Made by a program: the position numbers and the translations under genes. The notes beneath the pieces are model-generated. The model saw nothing but the letters and a program-made list of their open reading frames with translations, was not told the origin of the DNA and ran no database searches. This document shows, piece by piece, positions 1-8,770 of a stretch of 43,465 nt of DNA (positions are counted from its first letter, which is position 1; every line of letters starts with the position of its first letter). The stretch spans positions 1 through 43,465 of the forward strand of contig JBDRNJ010000008.1 of the NCBI GenBank assembly GCA_043811375.1. The letters run 5' to 3'. This DNA comes from a bacterium (lineage in GTDB: Bacteria; Zixibacteria; MSB-5A5; GN15; FEB-12).

Positions 1-52
1 GACGAATCTCCTTCACTACCGATTCCGGACTCTGGCCCTGTTTGACACGCAT
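1..52 (-). CDS. IS3-family transposase OrfA, N-terminus (partial)
   Basis: ATG at 52 after AAAGGAG gives MRVKQGQSPESVVKEIR..., resembling the 'E.VVK.IRR.TRR' start of IS3-family transposases. Not in the ORF track. Confidence 0.7.
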   Translation of the reverse strand, partial: MRVKQGQSPESVVKEIR

Positions 53-139
53 GGCTTGCTCCTTTCTCTAAGACTAAGTTATTAAAACTACGTCTTAACA
101 AAAAGCCCATCCGTGTCCGACTTCTGCTGAACCGATACA
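1..139 (-). mobile_element. IS3-family insertion sequence, left end (truncated by window edge)
   Basis: Minus strand begins TGTATCGGTTCAGCAGAAGTCGGACA (139-114), a TG-starting IS3-type terminal repeat, followed by an AAAGGAG RBS and a transposase-like start. Confidence 0.75.
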
Positions 140-516
140 GAGATCGAGTTTCATACCACGAAGCCGCGAAGACACTCAGCAGCAATCCACTGATCGATTC
201 AATTACACATCAGACCAGGATAGTCTCATTTCTCGTTTTCGGCAAAACCCTGTGATCTGGGGGAAGTATATGTAGACTCGATAGCTGACATAAAAGAACC
301 CCCCGGGGCAAGTTGAAACCTGACGAGGGAGGCTCTAAATCAAATAGAGACTTAGAGCATAACCTCAGATTTCTTCCAAGTCAATATCGAACTGCCTGCC
401 GGGGGAGAGTTTTTTCAACCCGCTGGCTCGGCTGTGGTCCGCCGGACGCCGACTGATCTGCGGTTCGTAACGCGGTAACGTCCACGGTCTGTCCAGCTTA
501 GGAATTGGAGATTTGA

Positions 517-750
517 ATGAGTGAAAAGGATTTCGCCACGTCAGATATCGTCCTGGCAGCCTACCTGATACTGCGCGGGTATGCACTGGCTGGCGTCGAG
601 CGTGTGAGTGGCAACAAGGCCGAGTTTGTCTTTGAAGACGACTCAAAGCGTCCGGCTGAAGTGTTGAAGTTTTTCAACCGTAAGGCACGGATAGAACCAT
701 ATGCCCTGGTTGACCACATTAAGAGCCTGAAGGCCATGCTTAGCTGCTGA
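517..750 (+). CDS. DUF5659-like small mobile-element protein
   Basis: GGAG RBS; motifs 'F.TSDI.LAAYL...G', 'FVF' and 'EP..L...IKSLK' typical of this small phage/island family. Confidence 0.7.
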   Translation: MSEKDFATSDIVLAAYLILRGYALAGVERVSGNKAEFVFEDDSKRPAEVLKFFNRKARIEPYALVDHIKSLKAMLSC

Positions 751-764
751 CGGAAGGTTCAGCC

Positions 765-1499
765 ATGCCTGTAGACATTGTCACAAAAGGTTTGTCGGCT
801 GCTTCTAATCTTGCAGCCGAAACCGGTCACCCGGGCAAGGATATCCGTCCCTGCGTGGCGACACTCATGGAGATGCAGCTACAAAAGGGTGACTTCCCAG
901 ACCGTAACACGGCAGCTGTGATAATCGCATACGAACTCCAGAGAATAGGGTTTGATTGCGACTCGGTCTATGATCGTATGCAGAAGTGGAATCACCAGAG
1001 CAGCCCGCCGCTCAAGCAGAATGAACTGCGCAAAGCCACCGACAACGGCCACTCCGGCAAGTACAAGTATGGTTGTGAGAACGTCGTCTTGAAATCGTTC
1101 TGCGTTGGAGATATGTGCCAGTTTATCAAGCATGTCAAGTCGGGGCAGAAGCGGATCATAAATTACAAATTCCTTGATTACAGTTGGCAGCAACACCTGA
1201 GCAATCGACAAGTGCTGATATATATGCTGGCCATTCCCGCCCTGGAGATCAAACGGCGTGTTGGACCAGGTGGCTTGGTATGCGCGAACCATATGCAAGT
1301 CTCACAGGCGTGCGGCATTGACCGCAGAAGGCTCGGCAACGATTTGGAAGTGTTGGCATCAGTGGGTTTGATCGAGTATAAATCCGGAACGCCGCGAAGA
1401 TGGGAGGGGATCGCGTCGGAAATTCGGCGAGTTATTCCAATTCCCAGACCCACTTTTCAGACAATTAGACAACTGAAAGGACTCAGTTATGACACATAA
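765..1499 (+). CDS. Primase C-terminal (PriCT/PriL-like) domain protein with C-terminal winged HTH; putative replication protein
   Basis: 'RN.AA..IA..L...G...WN....PPL...EL' PriCT-like pattern; Cys at RPC, YGC, FC, MC; C-terminal 'VSQACGIDRRRLGNDLEVLASVGLIEY' wHTH-like segment. Confidence 0.6.
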   Translation: MPVDIVTKGLSAASNLAAETGHPGKDIRPCVATLMEMQLQKGDFPDRNTAAVIIAYELQRIGFDCDSVYDRMQKWNHQSSPPLKQNELRKATDNGHSGKYKYGCENVVLKSFCVGDMCQFIKHVKSGQKRIINYKFLDYSWQQHLSNRQVLIYMLAIPALEIKRRVGPGGLVCANHMQVSQACGIDRRRLGNDLEVLASVGLIEYKSGTPRRWEGIASEIRRVIPIPRPTFQTIRQLKGLSYDT

Positions 1500-1501
1500 C
1501 T

Positions 1502-1846
1502 ATGGTATTGGATTCTCTTTATATGTTGGGACAAAATGTACTTCTTAATGGGGACAAAATGCAGTCGTTGATTTGGCAATGGTTCGACGGTCAGTATAAG
1601 GCTCACTGTGAAAACCGGGCAGACTATGATCGCATTCATGCCTGGAAGGGGTGTCGTCCGGGCGGTGTCTACTACATGCCAGACGGCTCTATGGAGTGGG
1701 ATTTGATTATTCCTGAACGGTGTGTCGTTCAAGCAGCAAGAGTCTTGGGATCAAAATCTCCGGACAAAACTACGTCACGGACACCTGAAACAGGGGTGAA
1801 TCCTATATTGAACCGCAACGACTTACGCGAAGCAAGAACGGCATAG
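1502..1846 (+). CDS. hypothetical protein (island)
   Basis: Starts 2 bp after the upstream stop in the same orientation; the true start may be the internal ATG (MQSLIWQW). Confidence 0.55.
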   Translation: MVLDSLYMLGQNVLLNGDKMQSLIWQWFDGQYKAHCENRADYDRIHAWKGCRPGGVYYMPDGSMEWDLIIPERCVVQAARVLGSKSPDKTTSRTPETGVNPILNRNDLREARTA

Positions 1847-1917
1847 AGGGACGATCTCAGGCAGTTAAGGACAAGAGTCATATTGACCAATGAAACGCTC
1901 TGAGAAGGAACATTAGT

Positions 1918-1953
1918 GAAAACGCCCGGCCGGTTTGACTCCAGACCGGGCGT
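1918..1953 (-). terminator. Intrinsic terminator after the integrase
   Basis: ACGCCCGG...CCGGGCGT stem followed by TTTT on the minus strand, between convergent genes. Confidence 0.6.
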
Positions 1954-1964
1954 AAGGTTGGCTG

Positions 1965-2900
1965 TCAGATTCTCAGGCAATTTGACGGGCTGAAGCTGTC
2001 GTAGCTTCTCACGGCGTCCTGGCTTGACAGGTGGACGTACTTCTGAGTCACCAATAGGCTGGTATGACCCAAGATGCCCTGCAGGACGGCTGGGTTGCCG
2101 CCCTGACGAATGTACCAGGTCGCTGCTGAGTGGCGCAGCAGGTGCGGGTAGAGCTTGATACCGTGCTTCTGGCCCATGTGCTGGATTATCTTGTGACAGT
2201 GACGCTCAGTCACTGGCTCACCATTGCGCATACAGATCAGGAGATCGCCGGGATACTTCGACCGCCACTTAATCAGAAACTGGTGCAGAGCTTTGAGAGT
2301 TTTGACGCCAATCGGCACCATGCGTTCCTTGCGGCCTTTGCCGAAGACTTTGACCAGACGGGATTGAATGTCAATGTCAGAGATACGAAGACCCAGCAAC
2401 TCGTTTCGGCGTAGCATACAGTCCCACAGAAGCAGCACCATGACCAGGTTGCGGCTCGATTCAAATGTCTTCCGGCTAAGCGAAGCAATGACTTTCTGTA
2501 TCGTCTCAGGGTCGATTACTGGTTTGACCCTATCGGCCGTTCTGAGCAGTTTAACGCCACTCAGAGGGCTTTCTTCCTCCCACAAACCGTCTGTGACAAG
2601 GAAGTTGAAGAAGCGGCGGAAGGCGCGTATCCTGCCGTTTATCGTCTCGTCGGACACGCTACCCTTCAAGTCAACGATGTAAGATTGAACGGTGCGTCTG
2701 GTAATGTCATTGAACGTAATTTCGTGCCCCCCCAACCAGGTCAGAAGGTAGCCTAAGCGTTCAAAGTAAACATCGATTGTCTTACGGCTGAGATTACGCA
2801 CTTCACAGTCGAGACGGAACGCTTCCAGGTATGGTCTGGTGCCATTGTTGCCAATCCTGGTCAGCACTTTGTCGGTCACGCTCATCACACTTGTTTTCAT
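1965..2900 (-). CDS. Tyrosine recombinase/integrase (XerC/XerD-like)
   Basis: Catalytic motifs LRRNEL, GKGRKER, HLLRHS, LGH and TQKYVH; SAM-like N-domain. Start set to ATG 2900 (GGAG RBS) because the longer ORF overlaps the tRNA. Confidence 0.93.
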   Translation of the reverse strand: MKTSVMSVTDKVLTRIGNNGTRPYLEAFRLDCEVRNLSRKTIDVYFERLGYLLTWLGGHEITFNDITRRTVQSYIVDLKGSVSDETINGRIRAFRRFFNFLVTDGLWEEESPLSGVKLLRTADRVKPVIDPETIQKVIASLSRKTFESSRNLVMVLLLWDCMLRRNELLGLRISDIDIQSRLVKVFGKGRKERMVPIGVKTLKALHQFLIKWRSKYPGDLLICMRNGEPVTERHCHKIIQHMGQKHGIKLYPHLLRHSAATWYIRQGGNPAVLQGILGHTSLLVTQKYVHLSSQDAVRSYDSFSPSNCLRI

Positions 2901-2994
2901 ATCATACTCCAAGATCAGGGGCCATTCTGGCCAATTTGAGTGTGAATGGAGTGTGTGATTGTTGGTGTAAGTAATTGGAGTGTAATTAACTAAA

Positions 2995-3068
2995 TACTGG
3001 GGGGCAGAGTTGAACTGCCGACCTCCTGATCCACAGTCAGGCGCTCTAACCAACTGAGCTACCCCAGC
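2995..3068 (-). tRNA. tRNA-His (GTG), CCA not encoded
   Basis: Cloverleaf: GCTGGGG/CCCCAGT acceptor stem, GCTC/GAGC D arm, CCTGA-CTGTGGA-TCAGG anticodon arm, GGCAG-TTCAACT-CTGCC T arm. Confidence 0.97.
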
Positions 3069-3212
3069 ATGCACTTACAAAGTAACGATTTCAGCTATTT
3101 GTCAAGATATTTCAGTCGTCGGCAGATGTAAGCTAGATACGACTGTAGTAAGAAACGGTCTGATAAAACACAATCAGGTTGTCTAAGTATGGCGTGGACC
3201 GGATCACGACCG

Positions 3213-3464
3213 CTAAGTCAACACTTTCAGGATGCCGACAACGATCAGAGCTAAACCCAACAGCGGTACCATCAGGCCCAGACCGAGACCGAAGATCCCC
3301 GCCGCCACTCCCAACACACCACCAGCCAAACCGACCACAGCACCAAATAGGGCGCCAACCGCCCCGAACAATCCACCCAACAACGCAAAGACAACTGCCA
3401 GTCCGCCGAAGCTGACAAACCACAGCAGCAACACGACCAGGATGATAATGCCAATTGCTTTCAT
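3213..3464 (-). CDS. small Gly-rich membrane protein
   Basis: GGAG RBS before MKAIGIIILVV; entirely hydrophobic with repeated GxxxG motifs. Confidence 0.75.
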   Translation of the reverse strand: MKAIGIIILVVLLLWFVSFGGLAVVFALLGGLFGAVGALFGAVVGLAGGVLGVAAGIFGLGLGLMVPLLGLALIVVGILKVLT

Positions 3465-3717
3465 GATCTCCGCTTTCCGGATATTCCCGGTACTCAAACC
3501 GAGAACGCAGGTTTATTCCTAAGTTACGAAACCATACTTCTGAAGTTGCACCGGAAGATATTTAAGGCTGAGATAACACATGAGTCACCCATGTCAACAC
3601 TTGTCATACACATGTGGTCCAATATAATATGGTTGTTATCTCAAGTATTCCTTTATAGTCGCCTTACATCCGGACAGCCTGCTAACCGACCCTAACCGGA
3701 TGAGAGCATCTTTTTGG

Positions 3718-3746
3718 TTGATGGTTATACCGGCCAACCGTATACT
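3718..3746 (+). promoter_or_regulatory. sigma70-type promoter for the symporter
   Basis: TTGATG-N17-TATACT, 36 bp upstream of ATG 3783. Confidence 0.55.
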
Positions 3747-3782
3747 CCGTCCGACAACATCAACTGAAAATCCGGATTGCTG

Positions 3783-5009
3783 ATGGACAGAAAGACCGGC
3801 AACATAATCCTGGTGGGCATGATCGGCGGGGCCGTGTTAGGTGTTGCCTGCGGGTACTGGTTTCCGGATTTCCTGCTGGCGATACGATTTATCGGCACCA
3901 TATTTCTCAACGCCCTGAAGATGGTCGTCATACCGCTGATCGTGGCATCGATAATTGTTGGCGTGACCTCTCTGGGTGACATCCGCAAGTTAGGCGGCAC
4001 TGCGCTTAAGACCATGCTGTACTATCTGGTCACCACCGGCTTTTCGGTGCTGGTCGGGATCATTCTGGTAAACATTATCCAGCCCGGTTCCGGAGTGGAA
4101 GCTTTCGATGCCTACGTTCCCGAGAAGGTAGTCGAAAGTCAAGGAAAGACCTTCGTTGACGTCGTCGTCGGCCTGGTTCCGGATAATATCTTCAAGGCGG
4201 CAGCGGAAGGAAAGGTCCTTCCCCTGATTGTTTTTTCCCTTCTTTTCGGCGGTGTGCTGACGGCGATCGGGGACAAAGGGAAACCGGTTATTGACTTCTT
4301 CGTCGGGCTGAACGCGGCCATCATGAAAATCGTCCACTTGATTATCTGTTTTGCGCCGGTGGGAATTTTTGCGTTGATCGGCGCGATTGTGGCCGATAAA
4401 CGAGATTCACTGGCTGAGATGGTGGCCGGGTTGGGTCTGTATGCCGTGACTGTTGTGGCCGGCTTACTTATCCATGCTATTATCACTCTGCCGCTAATCC
4501 TGCGGTATCTCGGCCATAAGAAACCTTTCCCCTACTTTGTGAACATGGGTCAGGCGCTGGCCACCGCAGCCACCACTGCTTCGTCATCGGCAACGCTGCC
4601 GATTACAATTGAATGCGTAGTGGAGAAAAACAAGATCAACAGCCGGGCAGCGGCGTTTGTTCTACCGTTAGGAGCAACCATCAACATGGATGGCACCGCC
4701 CTGTACGAGGCTGTGGCGGCTTTGTTTATTGCGCAGGTTTTCGGGATCGAGCTAACTATCGGCCAGCAGGTGGTAATCTTTTTGACCGCGACATTAGTCT
4801 CGATCGGAGCGGCGGGAATACCAGAGGCCGGCCTGGTGATGATGGTTATCGTGCTGGCGGCGGTTGGTCTCCCTCTTGAAGGTATCGGTCTCCTCTGGGC
4901 GATCGACTGGTTTTTGGACCGCTGCCGGACGACGGTCAACGTCTGGGGCGACTCTATCGGAGCCGCGGTGATCTCACAGACGGCGGAGATGAAAAACTCA
5001 CAGGGGTGA
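3783..5009 (+). CDS. Dicarboxylate/amino acid:cation symporter (DAACS, GltP/GltPh family)
   Basis: Signature motifs TASSSATLP, GATINMDGTALYE and DWFLDRCRTTVNVWGD. Confidence 0.95.
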   Translation: MDRKTGNIILVGMIGGAVLGVACGYWFPDFLLAIRFIGTIFLNALKMVVIPLIVASIIVGVTSLGDIRKLGGTALKTMLYYLVTTGFSVLVGIILVNIIQPGSGVEAFDAYVPEKVVESQGKTFVDVVVGLVPDNIFKAAAEGKVLPLIVFSLLFGGVLTAIGDKGKPVIDFFVGLNAAIMKIVHLIICFAPVGIFALIGAIVADKRDSLAEMVAGLGLYAVTVVAGLLIHAIITLPLILRYLGHKKPFPYFVNMGQALATAATTASSSATLPITIECVVEKNKINSRAAAFVLPLGATINMDGTALYEAVAALFIAQVFGIELTIGQQVVIFLTATLVSIGAAGIPEAGLVMMVIVLAAVGLPLEGIGLLWAIDWFLDRCRTTVNVWGDSIGAAVISQTAEMKNSQG

Positions 5010-5094
5010 GTTGCCACCCGAGGTACTGCTGAAAAACGGAATAGCAGTTCGTATATCGGTCAATCATGGGAGTCACTTCCAGCCCCGTTCCATG

Positions 5095-5724
5095 TCACAA
5101 CTCGACACCAACGAGTATCGCCCATGCAGTGTTCTTGACCACCAGTAAGTGGGTACGGTAGGCTTCATCGAAGTCATAGTGATAGTGAAATTCAATCAAT
5201 GCAGCGATGCCCGTCGAAACAGGCAACGTCTGACCAACGCCAATCGAACCTCCCCAGATTGTCGGTTTGAAATCGCGGTACAGAACCTCGAAGCCCATTG
5301 ATTCTGCGTGGCCGACCTTGATATCGAATCTCGGACCTGCGAATAGATAGGTTCTCGCCCTCCCCTCCGGAACTGACACCCTCAGCAGCAGCGGCAGCGA
5401 GATATAGTCGACGCGAGCGGTAACAGATAGGAGGCGGCTATTGGGTATCCTGGAATAATCGGGCACTTGGAAACTTATTTTATGACCCTTCGGAACGTAT
5501 TGCAGCTCAGCCACCACCGATAGAGCGGGCAAAATCGGCCATTCCCCAAACACCACCAACCCCAGTCCGATGCGGGTATCGAAATCCGGCGAACCGAACT
5601 CGGTATAGTCGAAATCCTGGCTGGCAAAGGTGACGCCGGTTTTTGCCCCGTAGTGAAAAGTGCCACAAGCAGCACCAAGTTGCCAACTACAAAAAAGCAC
5701 TGTTAGGAAGACGATCTTGCACAT
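5095..5724 (-). CDS. Outer-membrane beta-barrel (porin/PorT-like) protein
   Basis: Signal peptide; YGAKTG, 'ELQYVPKG', 'DYISLPLLL' and 'YLFAGP' strands; amphipathic C-terminal strand. Confidence 0.75.
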   Translation of the reverse strand: MCKIVFLTVLFCSWQLGAACGTFHYGAKTGVTFASQDFDYTEFGSPDFDTRIGLGLVVFGEWPILPALSVVAELQYVPKGHKISFQVPDYSRIPNSRLLSVTARVDYISLPLLLRVSVPEGRARTYLFAGPRFDIKVGHAESMGFEVLYRDFKPTIWGGSIGVGQTLPVSTGIAALIEFHYHYDFDEAYRTHLLVVKNTAWAILVGVEL

Positions 5725-5923
5725 ATATACGCCCTAGGCTCCGAACCTTAAAATGTAACAGTCTTACATCGAAAAATAGTAGAATCTTCTCCAACAAACA
5801 ACGGCAACGTTTGCTACGGAATCTGTCAGCGGCAGATATCCGTAGGTTCCAGCGTTGTCGCCAGAAGCCCCTTTGGCAAAAACTGATTCCATCTCGACTT
5901 CTTTTTCACTATATTCCCTCCCT

Positions 5924-7108
5924 ATGAGCTACCAGGTGTTGGCGCGGAAGTATCGGCCGCAACTATTTGAAGATGTTGTGGCGCAGGAGCATGTAACCCG
6001 GACACTGAGAAACGCGGTCAATAATGATCGAGTAGGTTCCGGGTATCTCTTCTGCGGGCCGCGCGGCACCGGCAAAACCACTACCGCCCGTATCCTGGCC
6101 AAAGCTCTCAACTGCGTCAACGGACCGACTGCAACTCCCTGCGGCGAGTGCTCACCCTGCACCGAGATTACGGCCGGGGCGTCGCTGGACGTGCTGGAAA
6201 TCGACGCCGCCTCCAATACCGGCGTGGACGATATCCGTACCTTGCGAGAGAACGTCCGTTATCTACCGACCGGCGGTAAAAAACGGATCTATATCATAGA
6301 CGAAGTGCACCGCTTGTCGGGAGCCGCTTTCGATGCTCTGTTGAAGACACTGGAAGAACCCCCGGCGCACGTGGTTTTTATCTTTGCGACCACCGAACCG
6401 TTGAAAGTGCCCGAGACTATCCTGTCACGAACGCAGCGCTTTGATTTCCGGCGGGTCTCGGCGACTGACCTGGCCGATCACCTGCGGAAGATCGCGCAGG
6501 CCGAAGGGCTGGAAGTTGACGACAGTGCCCTGCAGTTGCTGGCCCGCAAGGGTGACGGTTCAGTACGTGACTCGTTGTCGTTGTTGGACCAGGTGGCGGC
6601 TTTTGCCGACACCCTTATCACGGAACAGATAGTTGTCGATGCGCTGGGGCTGGTCGACCGGCAGATCTTATTTGATTTTACGGAAGCCGTGGCAGCCAGG
6701 GAAAGCCGGCGCGTTCTGGAACTGTCCGGTACGATTCTTGATGCCGGCGTGGACGTGGCTGATTTCGTGCAGGAATTGCTGGAGCATTTCCGGGTTCTGC
6801 TGGTTCTGGCGGTTGATAAAAACGCCGCCGACCTGCTGCGGCTACCTGAAGACGAGATAGCCGCCTACAACCGGCAGGCGGAGAATTTCTCGGTGGGCGA
6901 TCTGGTCCGACTGATGAAAGCGGCCGCTGATCTGAATTTCGATCTAAAGTCGGGACTTGATGAACGGCTGGTCCTGGAACTGGCCGGAGTAAAAATGGCT
7001 GAGATGGAAGCCACGGTGCAATTTGCCGATATTCTGCAGCGATTGCAGCAGGATTCGCAGACGTCGACGCCCGGAAACGATCTGTTCGGCACCAAAAAAA
7101 AAAAGTGA
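5924..7108 (+). CDS. dnaX: DNA polymerase III gamma/tau subunit (zero-frame, gamma-length product, 394 aa)
   Basis: MSYQVLARKYRPQ, Walker A GPRGTGKT, Zn-finger Cys, DEVH, KTLEEPP; ends at A11-G-TGA. Confidence 0.95.
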   Translation: MSYQVLARKYRPQLFEDVVAQEHVTRTLRNAVNNDRVGSGYLFCGPRGTGKTTTARILAKALNCVNGPTATPCGECSPCTEITAGASLDVLEIDAASNTGVDDIRTLRENVRYLPTGGKKRIYIIDEVHRLSGAAFDALLKTLEEPPAHVVFIFATTEPLKVPETILSRTQRFDFRRVSATDLADHLRKIAQAEGLEVDDSALQLLARKGDGSVRDSLSLLDQVAAFADTLITEQIVVDALGLVDRQILFDFTEAVAARESRRVLELSGTILDAGVDVADFVQELLEHFRVLLVLAVDKNAADLLRLPEDEIAAYNRQAENFSVGDLVRLMKAAADLNFDLKSGLDERLVLELAGVKMAEMEATVQFADILQRLQQDSQTSTPGNDLFGTKKKK

Positions 7109-7586
7109 CAAATCATCACGGCAGAGTGTAGAATCCGGTGATGACTGGTCGTCGGCAACAGAAGCTCCGCACCTGTCGCGCACCGTCAACCTGGCGCAGA
7201 TAAATGCCGGCTGGGAAGCTTTCCTGGGACTGTTGCGACAGAAAAGCCAGATGCTGGTCTCCCAGTTGGGTATGGCCGATATACGCCAGGTGAGCGATAA
7301 CGAAGTGGAGTTGGTGTTCGGCCCGGCCGGAGCGGCTTCAAAACAGGTGGTGGAACGACCGGAAAACATGCGTTTGATAACGCAGATACTGCAGCAGCAT
7401 TTCCGGGCCGGTCTCCGTCTCAGGTTCAGCATGGATGATGCGGCTGAGCCGGTAAAGGATGGCAACGACCGGAAAAACAGCAACAGCAACGACGTCGCTC
7501 GAATCGTGGCCGATTCACCCCGGCTCAAGCGGCTGCTGGAGAAAGTAAACGGCGAGATCATAGGTATTAAAAAAGTAGACGAGTAG
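7104..7586 (+). CDS. dnaX: DnaX tau C-terminal part, in the +1 frame after the A11 run
   Basis: Open +1 frame from the A run to TAG 7586; linker followed by a 'W..FL..L....MLVSQL..A......VELVF' tau-like domain; lies in the dnaX-ybaB-recR order. Confidence 0.8.
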   Translation, partial: SDKSSRQSVESGDDWSSATEAPHLSRTVNLAQINAGWEAFLGLLRQKSQMLVSQLGMADIRQVSDNEVELVFGPAGAASKQVVERPENMRLITQILQQHFRAGLRLRFSMDDAAEPVKDGNDRKNSNSNDVARIVADSPRLKRLLEKVNGEIIGIKKVDE

Positions 7587-7613
7587 ATGACAATATGATT
7601 TGAGGAGATTAGT

Positions 7614-7940
7614 ATGGCCAAGGGTGGAATGGGAAACATGATGAAACAGGTCCAGCAAATGCAGGCCATGATGGAGCAGATGCAGGCGGAACTGGAGAAA
7701 ACGGAAGTGGAAGCATCTGCCGGCGGAGGGATGATCAAGGTTGTCGCCAACGGCAAGTACGACATCCAGTCGATCACCATCGACCCCGAAGTGATCGACA
7801 AGGAAGACGTGGAAATGCTGCAGGATTTGATTGTGGCCGCCGTTAACCAGGCTCATCAGAAGATACAGGAATTGCAGGCGGAACAGATGTCCGGCCTGAC
7901 CGGCGGGCTGAAGATTCCGGGTCTTAATCTCCCCTTCTGA
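7614..7940 (+). CDS. ybaB: YbaB/EbfC nucleoid-associated protein
   Basis: MMKQVQQMQ, AGGGMIKV and EMLQDLIVAAVN motifs; GAGGAG RBS; conserved synteny. Confidence 0.95.
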   Translation: MAKGGMGNMMKQVQQMQAMMEQMQAELEKTEVEASAGGGMIKVVANGKYDIQSITIDPEVIDKEDVEMLQDLIVAAVNQAHQKIQELQAEQMSGLTGGLKIPGLNLPF

Positions 7941-7954
7941 TAGATGGCCCGGTA

Positions 7955-8551
7955 ATGTTCCAATCAGCGGAATCGATAGAACGACTGATCAGGCAGTTGG
8001 CCCGGCTGCCCGGGATCGGACGCAAGTCGGCTACCCGTCTGGCCTTTCATATTCTCAAGCTGCCAGTTGAGAATGCTCATGAACTGGCCGACGCGATTCG
8101 GGAAGTCAAAGAGAAAGTGGGGTTCTGTTCCGTGTGCTGCAACGTCTCGGAAACCGACCCCTGCCGTATCTGTGCCGATACTGCCCGTGACCACAGCCTG
8201 ATTTGCGTAGTGGAGGAAATGGCTGACGCAGCCGCCATGGACAAGGTGGAGGGTTTCAGCGGACTGTTTCATGTTCTCGGCGGGCGCCTCTCCCCTCTGG
8301 ACGGTATCGGACCGGATGATTTGCATATTGCCCAATTGCTCTCCCGTGTCAAGGAGAACGTAACCGAAGTCATAATCGCCACTAATCCCAACGTTGAGGG
8401 TGAGGCCACCGCGATTTATCTGTCGAAACTGATCAAACCGATGGGCGTCAGAGTCACGCGCATTGCCCGTGGATTGCCGGTCGGCTCTGATCTTGAGTAT
8501 GCTGATTCCGTAACCCTGACCCGCGCCCTTGAGGGCCGTCAGGATTTCTAA
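7955..8551 (+). CDS. recR: Recombination mediator RecR
   Basis: LPGIGRKSATRLA, C4 zinc finger, Toprim ATNPNVEGEATA, RIARGLPVG. Confidence 0.97.
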   Translation: MFQSAESIERLIRQLARLPGIGRKSATRLAFHILKLPVENAHELADAIREVKEKVGFCSVCCNVSETDPCRICADTARDHSLICVVEEMADAAAMDKVEGFSGLFHVLGGRLSPLDGIGPDDLHIAQLLSRVKENVTEVIIATNPNVEGEATAIYLSKLIKPMGVRVTRIARGLPVGSDLEYADSVTLTRALEGRQDF

Positions 8552-8757
8552 CAGGGTGATGAAAAAGTGTTCTATCATGCTCAATTGCCGACACACACGT
8601 CATCCCCGCGAAGGCGGGGATCCAGTAACGGCAAGCCGCCTTTATCTAATAACGTGCTATCAATAAGACCCACTTGTGGGTCCTGCTTTCGCAGGATTGA
8701 CAGAAAAAGCAAGGCAGTAACATTCATGTCTTCCATTCGGTGTTTTTCAACACCCTA
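8552..8757. mobile_element. 206-bp MITE with IS5/IS1182-type ends and internal REP-like palindromes
   Basis: Inverted ends CAGGGTGATGAAAAA / TTTTTCAACACCCTA flanked by CTAA direct repeats (8548-51, 8758-61); internal GTCATCCCCGCGAAGGCGGGGATCC and GGGTCCTGCTTTCGCAGGATTGAC. Confidence 0.8.
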
Positions 8758-8770
8758 CTAAGGCGCACTG

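Larger units (their letters stand above)
140..2994. mobile_element. Integrative element / genomic island end inserted at the tRNA-His 3' end
   Basis: Tyrosine integrase lies directly downstream of the tRNA 3' end; small phage-like replication genes are adjacent; the other att end is outside the window. Confidence 0.7.

Noticed and set aside
293..415. Short similarities to the tRNA 3' end (GGGGCAAGTTGAA, GGGGGAGAGTT) as a possible att site
   Set aside because: Too short and gapped; 293-336 is better explained as an imperfect terminator-like hairpin.
2901..3074. N-terminal extension of the 369-aa integrase ORF
   Set aside because: It overlaps the tRNA-His gene; ATG 2900 has a proper RBS.
3560..3715. 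Hairpins upstream of the symporter as a riboswitch
   Set aside because: No recognisable aptamer consensus, and they lie upstream of the predicted promoter.
8567..8761. 64-aa ORF between recR and the membrane protein
   Set aside because: It lies within the MITE; no coding signal.
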